64,000 nt of DNA from contig NW_005434646.1 of the NCBI RefSeq assembly GCF_000315625.1, forward strand, positions 335,626 through 399,625, written 5' to 3'. The DNA comes from Guillardia theta CCMP2712. Its lineage: Eukaryota; Protista; Cryptophyta. This document shows positions 59,952-64,000 of the stretch, piece by piece. A program made the translations under genes and the position numbers. The notes beneath the pieces are model-generated. The model did no database searches. It was given only the letters and a program-made list of their open reading frames with translations, and was not told the origin of the DNA. Positions within the stretch are counted from its first letter, which is position 1; every line of letters begins with the position of its first letter.

Positions 59952-62900
59952 TCACAAGTTGGCGCCTTTAGAGAACATCTGCCGGAAGTAATCGTTGTCT
60001 TTCTTCGGGGCTGCGCTCGCAGCATCCTCGGCCTTCTCGGCAGGAGCAGAGGGTGAGGGTTCAGTTGGCTTTGGCACAGGTTGATGCGCAGCCTGTTGAA
60101 TCCTTCGAGCAGGACGAGCTGGTTCCTGAGGCCTCTTGACCGCGCGAGGGACCTGCAGCTGAGTCAGCCATACTTCACGCCATCCAGCTCTTGTCAACCA
60201 GATTCAGCGACGAACGAGGCGCTGATGGCGCAGCGGAACCAGAGTTGGCAGCCTTGCTCGAGGCAGCACGGCCGCGGGAGGGATCAGAGAAGGCCACCCG
60301 AAGCTTCTTACCCTGGCAGTCGAGCTGTCAGGATGGGGTGAACCCAGCAGCTCAAGTCCACCTGGAACACAGTCTGATCCATCTGCAGACTCAGCTCGGC
60401 ACCAGCACGATCCTTGAACTGCACGTGACGGCATCAGAGAGCTCAGCTGGCAGAGCAGACGAGGCACCTCAACGTAGCAAAACCCCCGTAGATTGCCATC
60501 GCGATCTCTCATCAGTCTGACCTCGAGGACCTGGAGGAGAGGTCAACGAGGAGGGGGGGTTGGGGGTGGCAGGGGCTTCACCTCTGCGACCGTCGAGAAA
60601 TGATCTTTGATCGACTCCTTGGAGACGTTCTTGGAGAGCCCGCTGACGTACAGAACCCTCTGGTCCACGTCTCGCTACAGCACGTGAGTGACAACCAAGA
60701 CATCGGGAGGAGCCAAGGCCACCTGCTCGTTCAAGGAATGAAGCTCTCTCGCCTTTGAGACCTCAACCCTCCTTCCTTTCATCTCTGTTCCATCCTTCTC
60801 CTGCACCCACCGTCACTGACCCACCTCCTCTCCTCTTGATCTCAAAGGCCGACCAGGGCAATCTTGGCCGCCTGCTCGGTCTTGAAGTCTACGTAGGCGA
60901 ATCCCTGCAAGATGGTTACTTTCTGGGAGCGACACGACATTCAGCAATGCTCATTCCTTGGAAGATCCGTGCTTGTCCATCACAATCCTTATGGCTGCGA
61001 TTTCTTCTTCTAAAGATTTCCCTCCGTCACAACACTGAGCAAACAATTCTTTAATATCCTCGTCCTTAGCATCTTTGTCGGTAGTGTCAGGTCGAATCCA
61101 GACAAATATCAAAGCTTACCATGAGGCAAGTTCTGCATGAAGACTGTGTTGAGATTGCTCTCTCCACTGGAGGCCTGCTCTGGTTGTTGGCCTCCTCCAT
61201 CAACTTTTTGTCGTTTCGCCTTTTCTTCGCTTTCCTTTCCACAAAGATTAAAATCAAAGGGAGGGGGCAACAAAATCATGCGCAACCTGATCCTTGGAAT
61301 CTTCAGCCTGCTTTCGCTTCTTCGAGGCTGGTGCTTTCTTTTCCACCTTCGAAGAATTTTCCTTCCGTTCAGCCCATTTCTTCATAACCTGCAAAGATTC
61401 AGCAAGAAGCGGAATGACCTCAGGTAGACCTCTTCTCGCCGTTTGGCTCTTTCGGGGTCATCGCTTTTCTTCTCACGAGATTTCTTGGCTACTCTTCCCA
61501 CCTTATCATCTGGCACCAGGCGTTTAAGAATGATCCAGCAATACTCAAAGCACTCAGGCATACCGACAGCTACTTGAGGATTTGTGACAGCGAACGTTGC
61601 ATATTTCGCCCGCGCTTGACCGTAGGTTTCCAAATCTCCTTCTCTCCTCTCGAATTCCAACCACCTGCTCAAGCACTCGCTTGCATTCAAGACATGCTCA
61701 AGTGACGGACCTGTAGCACAACGACGCCAGCTCTGGAGCAGACTGAAGCGTGTTCAAACCTCGCTTGAAGAACGATCTCGCTTGACCGACCCTTCTGCTC
61801 GGGCTGTCGGTTGTCTCACGCACAGGGCAACGATTAGACCTGCAGGAGCGCAGGGCATCGACAACGGAGCACCAAAGCGATAAGTCTTGGCAGCCCTTGA
61901 GAACAGAATCCCACAACTAAATCTTCCTGTCAAAGAGGAAGATCTCGAGGACATCCGACAGACCTTGATGGCTTCGTCCAGGTCGGAGAACAGGAAAGCT
62001 TCTATCTCTGCCCAGTACCCCCGCAAATGTCGCGCTCCACTTTCATCTTTCACCTCCTGCAGATCCCATAGTGAACAGAGCTAAACTTGAAAGTAGGCGA
62101 CTCACTTCAAGAAGCTTGACTGAATCTTTCAGCGTTGAACGCAGCTCGTTGCCCTCTTGGCTGCCATTCCTTGAATCCTCAGGAAGCTTGGTAAAAGACC
62201 GCCTCGCACAATCGCATTCAGCGGATAAAATCTGGCAAGCTGTCACACGTGCAAATCTGGATAGGAGAATACATGTACCTCGACAAGCTGAAGAGGGGAG
62301 TAGTGCTTGATCTCGTTGGTTGCTTTTTGAAACAAGACTTTCATCTCCTTCATGTCAAGACCATCCTCCTCCGAGCATATCAAAAGCGAACACCAAAGCT
62401 CCACTGAGAATGGACAGTTGCGAACTGAGCGCCTGTAAACATCGGCAACTTTTATCCCTCCAGCTCCACTAGGCTGAGATCGAACGAATTCTGCATAAGA
62501 ATTCCAAAGGGTAGGGACCAGACAGCAGGTTGAGAGCGCTCGTTCATACGCACAGATAATCTTCGTGACATCTCCGCTTTCGGATTCGCTTTCAATACAT
62601 TCCTGCATTAGATCTTAGGTCCAATCATCGAGAAGAGACTTATGCGCGGAACCTGCCAGATCTCGAGCACATTGAGCGACGAGTCCTTCTGTCGACGAGC
62701 TTCGGCATCTTTCAGTTCGCGTTCACTTGCCTTCATCATGGCTTCTTCTACTTCAGCCTGACACTGTCTCACAAGCACATCTCCTTAATTCAGTCAGCAC
62801 CTTCTTCTTTTCAACAATGCTCTTGTCAGTTTCCCATGATTCATACGAGATCCACGTTTCAGCGAGTCCCTTCACTTGAGCTTTGATCTACCAGGAGCTG

Positions 62901-63717
62901 TCAGCTGCTGGCACACCAACAAATGAAAACAACCTCTCTGTCAAAGCACTGACGGATCAAAGCAATCTGTGTCTGTTTTTCTGTGGAGGACCCCTGCATG
63001 TTTTCGAGAACTTTAATTTCGAAGTTTCTCTGCAGTTCCCACAGCTTCGAGCCCTCCAACAGGTCATTGCCCATTATCGTCAGGGATCTGCACGATAGTA
63101 AAATCTCAACCATATTGTTGGACAGCATCGATTACCTTTGCATGGTTTCCCTCACGCGGTTCAGATATTCCCTCTGCTTCGCGCCCTCAAGGTCGAAGTA
63201 CAGCTTTTGAATATACTTCACATACTCTGCCCATACTTTGGTAGTTGGATAATCCGATAATGCTCGCTCGAACAAGGATATAATCTTCTCTTGGTCTTCT
63301 TCTGAGCAAGCAAGACGTATCTCATCGCCTATCCATTCCAACCAAAGATCTAGCATAATCATTTCTTGAGGAACGAAGTGGAGGGAACGGCTACAACTTA
63401 CCCTCGGCCAGAGGAAACGAGATAGAAAACTGTTCTCGCGTCTTTTCTAGTTGTTTCCTCATGGATTTCTTCTTGTAGATTCGAAGAAGCTGGTGGAAGG
63501 CTTCGTAATCCCTCTTTCCGCACGCTTCTAGTCTTCCCTCGAGCTGAGCAATCAACTCCTCCCCTCCATCCTCCATGTCGTCACTATCATCATCAGAGGA
63601 GGATTCCATACTCTCATCACCATCTTCCTCCTCTTCCTCTTCCTCTTCCTCTTCCTCTCCCTCTTCCTCTTCCTCCATCGCCGCCTCGTGATTGGCGTCC
63701 TTCATTTCCTGGGTCAT
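59952..63717 (-). CDS. SART3: SART3/Prp24 U4/U6 recycling factor (HAT repeats, RRMs, LSm-interaction tail)
   Basis: LWLEWIGDE, LFERALSDY, YERAL..LW..RSVRNCP, RRM RNP1 RGFCYVE and C-terminal KDNDYFRQMF. Confidence 0.92.
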
Positions 63718-63869
63718 TTGCGACTCACTTACCCCTACCCACCCTTTGCTGGACCAATGATTACCCACCCTCCCGGCTTCCGTTGGATGCTAGTCGTTAC
63801 TAAGGTAACTGACGTAACGGATATTCAAGCGTTGGTTTCGCGTAGCTCAGGATGGCAGTGAGGTCATCC

Positions 63870-64000
63870 CCCCTCTCCTCTCCTCTCCTCTCCTCTCCTC
63901 TCCTCTCCTCCCCTCCCCTCCCCTCTCCTCCCCTCTCCTCTCCTCTCCTCTCCTCTCATCCTCATCCTCATCCTCCTCCCCTCCCCTCTCCTCTCCTCCT
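63870..64000. repeat. (TCCTC)n polypyrimidine microsatellite
   Basis: Tandem pentamers. Confidence 0.95.

Overview
Gene-dense eukaryotic nuclear DNA with many short (~45-70 nt) GT-AG introns and ciliary genes (BBS1, TMEM107). It is most consistent with a cryptophyte alga such as Guillardia theta; this is inferred from style and content, not from a database match. Recognisable host genes: BIVM-like peptidase, TLC-domain protein, NAP1, eIF2A (with an unexpected signal/transit-like leader), ADAL-like deaminase, a TIR-domain protein, a two-exon RPL41 missed by the ORF track, LRR proteins, a multi-PDZ protein, BRAP, a channel-type adenylyl cyclase, TMEM107, an MFS transporter, a degenerate Roco protein, BBS1 and SART3/Prp24. 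There is also a Crinkler-type pseudogene. Standout 1: a 2.8-kb AT-rich inserted element (46743-49569) with ~870-bp terminal inverted repeats (TIRs) and a 5-bp CATGC target-site duplication. Each TIR ends exactly on the ATG of one of two convergent virus-like ORFs: a TSN-repeat coiled/fibre-like protein, and a protein with a DVNP-like motif plus a C2H2 finger. It looks like a non-autonomous, internally deleted virophage/Polinton-like-virus/transpoviron-type element. Standout 2: two internal before/after comparisons (left vs right TIR, and a local duplication at 50711 vs 53889) suggest a mutational process that writes short GC-rich words (ACTCCCGG, CCCG, GCCGT, CAGTGAC) into non-genic DNA. This could explain the odd GC-rich intergenic tracts across the window. 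Exon boundaries were read by eye and are approximate unless stated.
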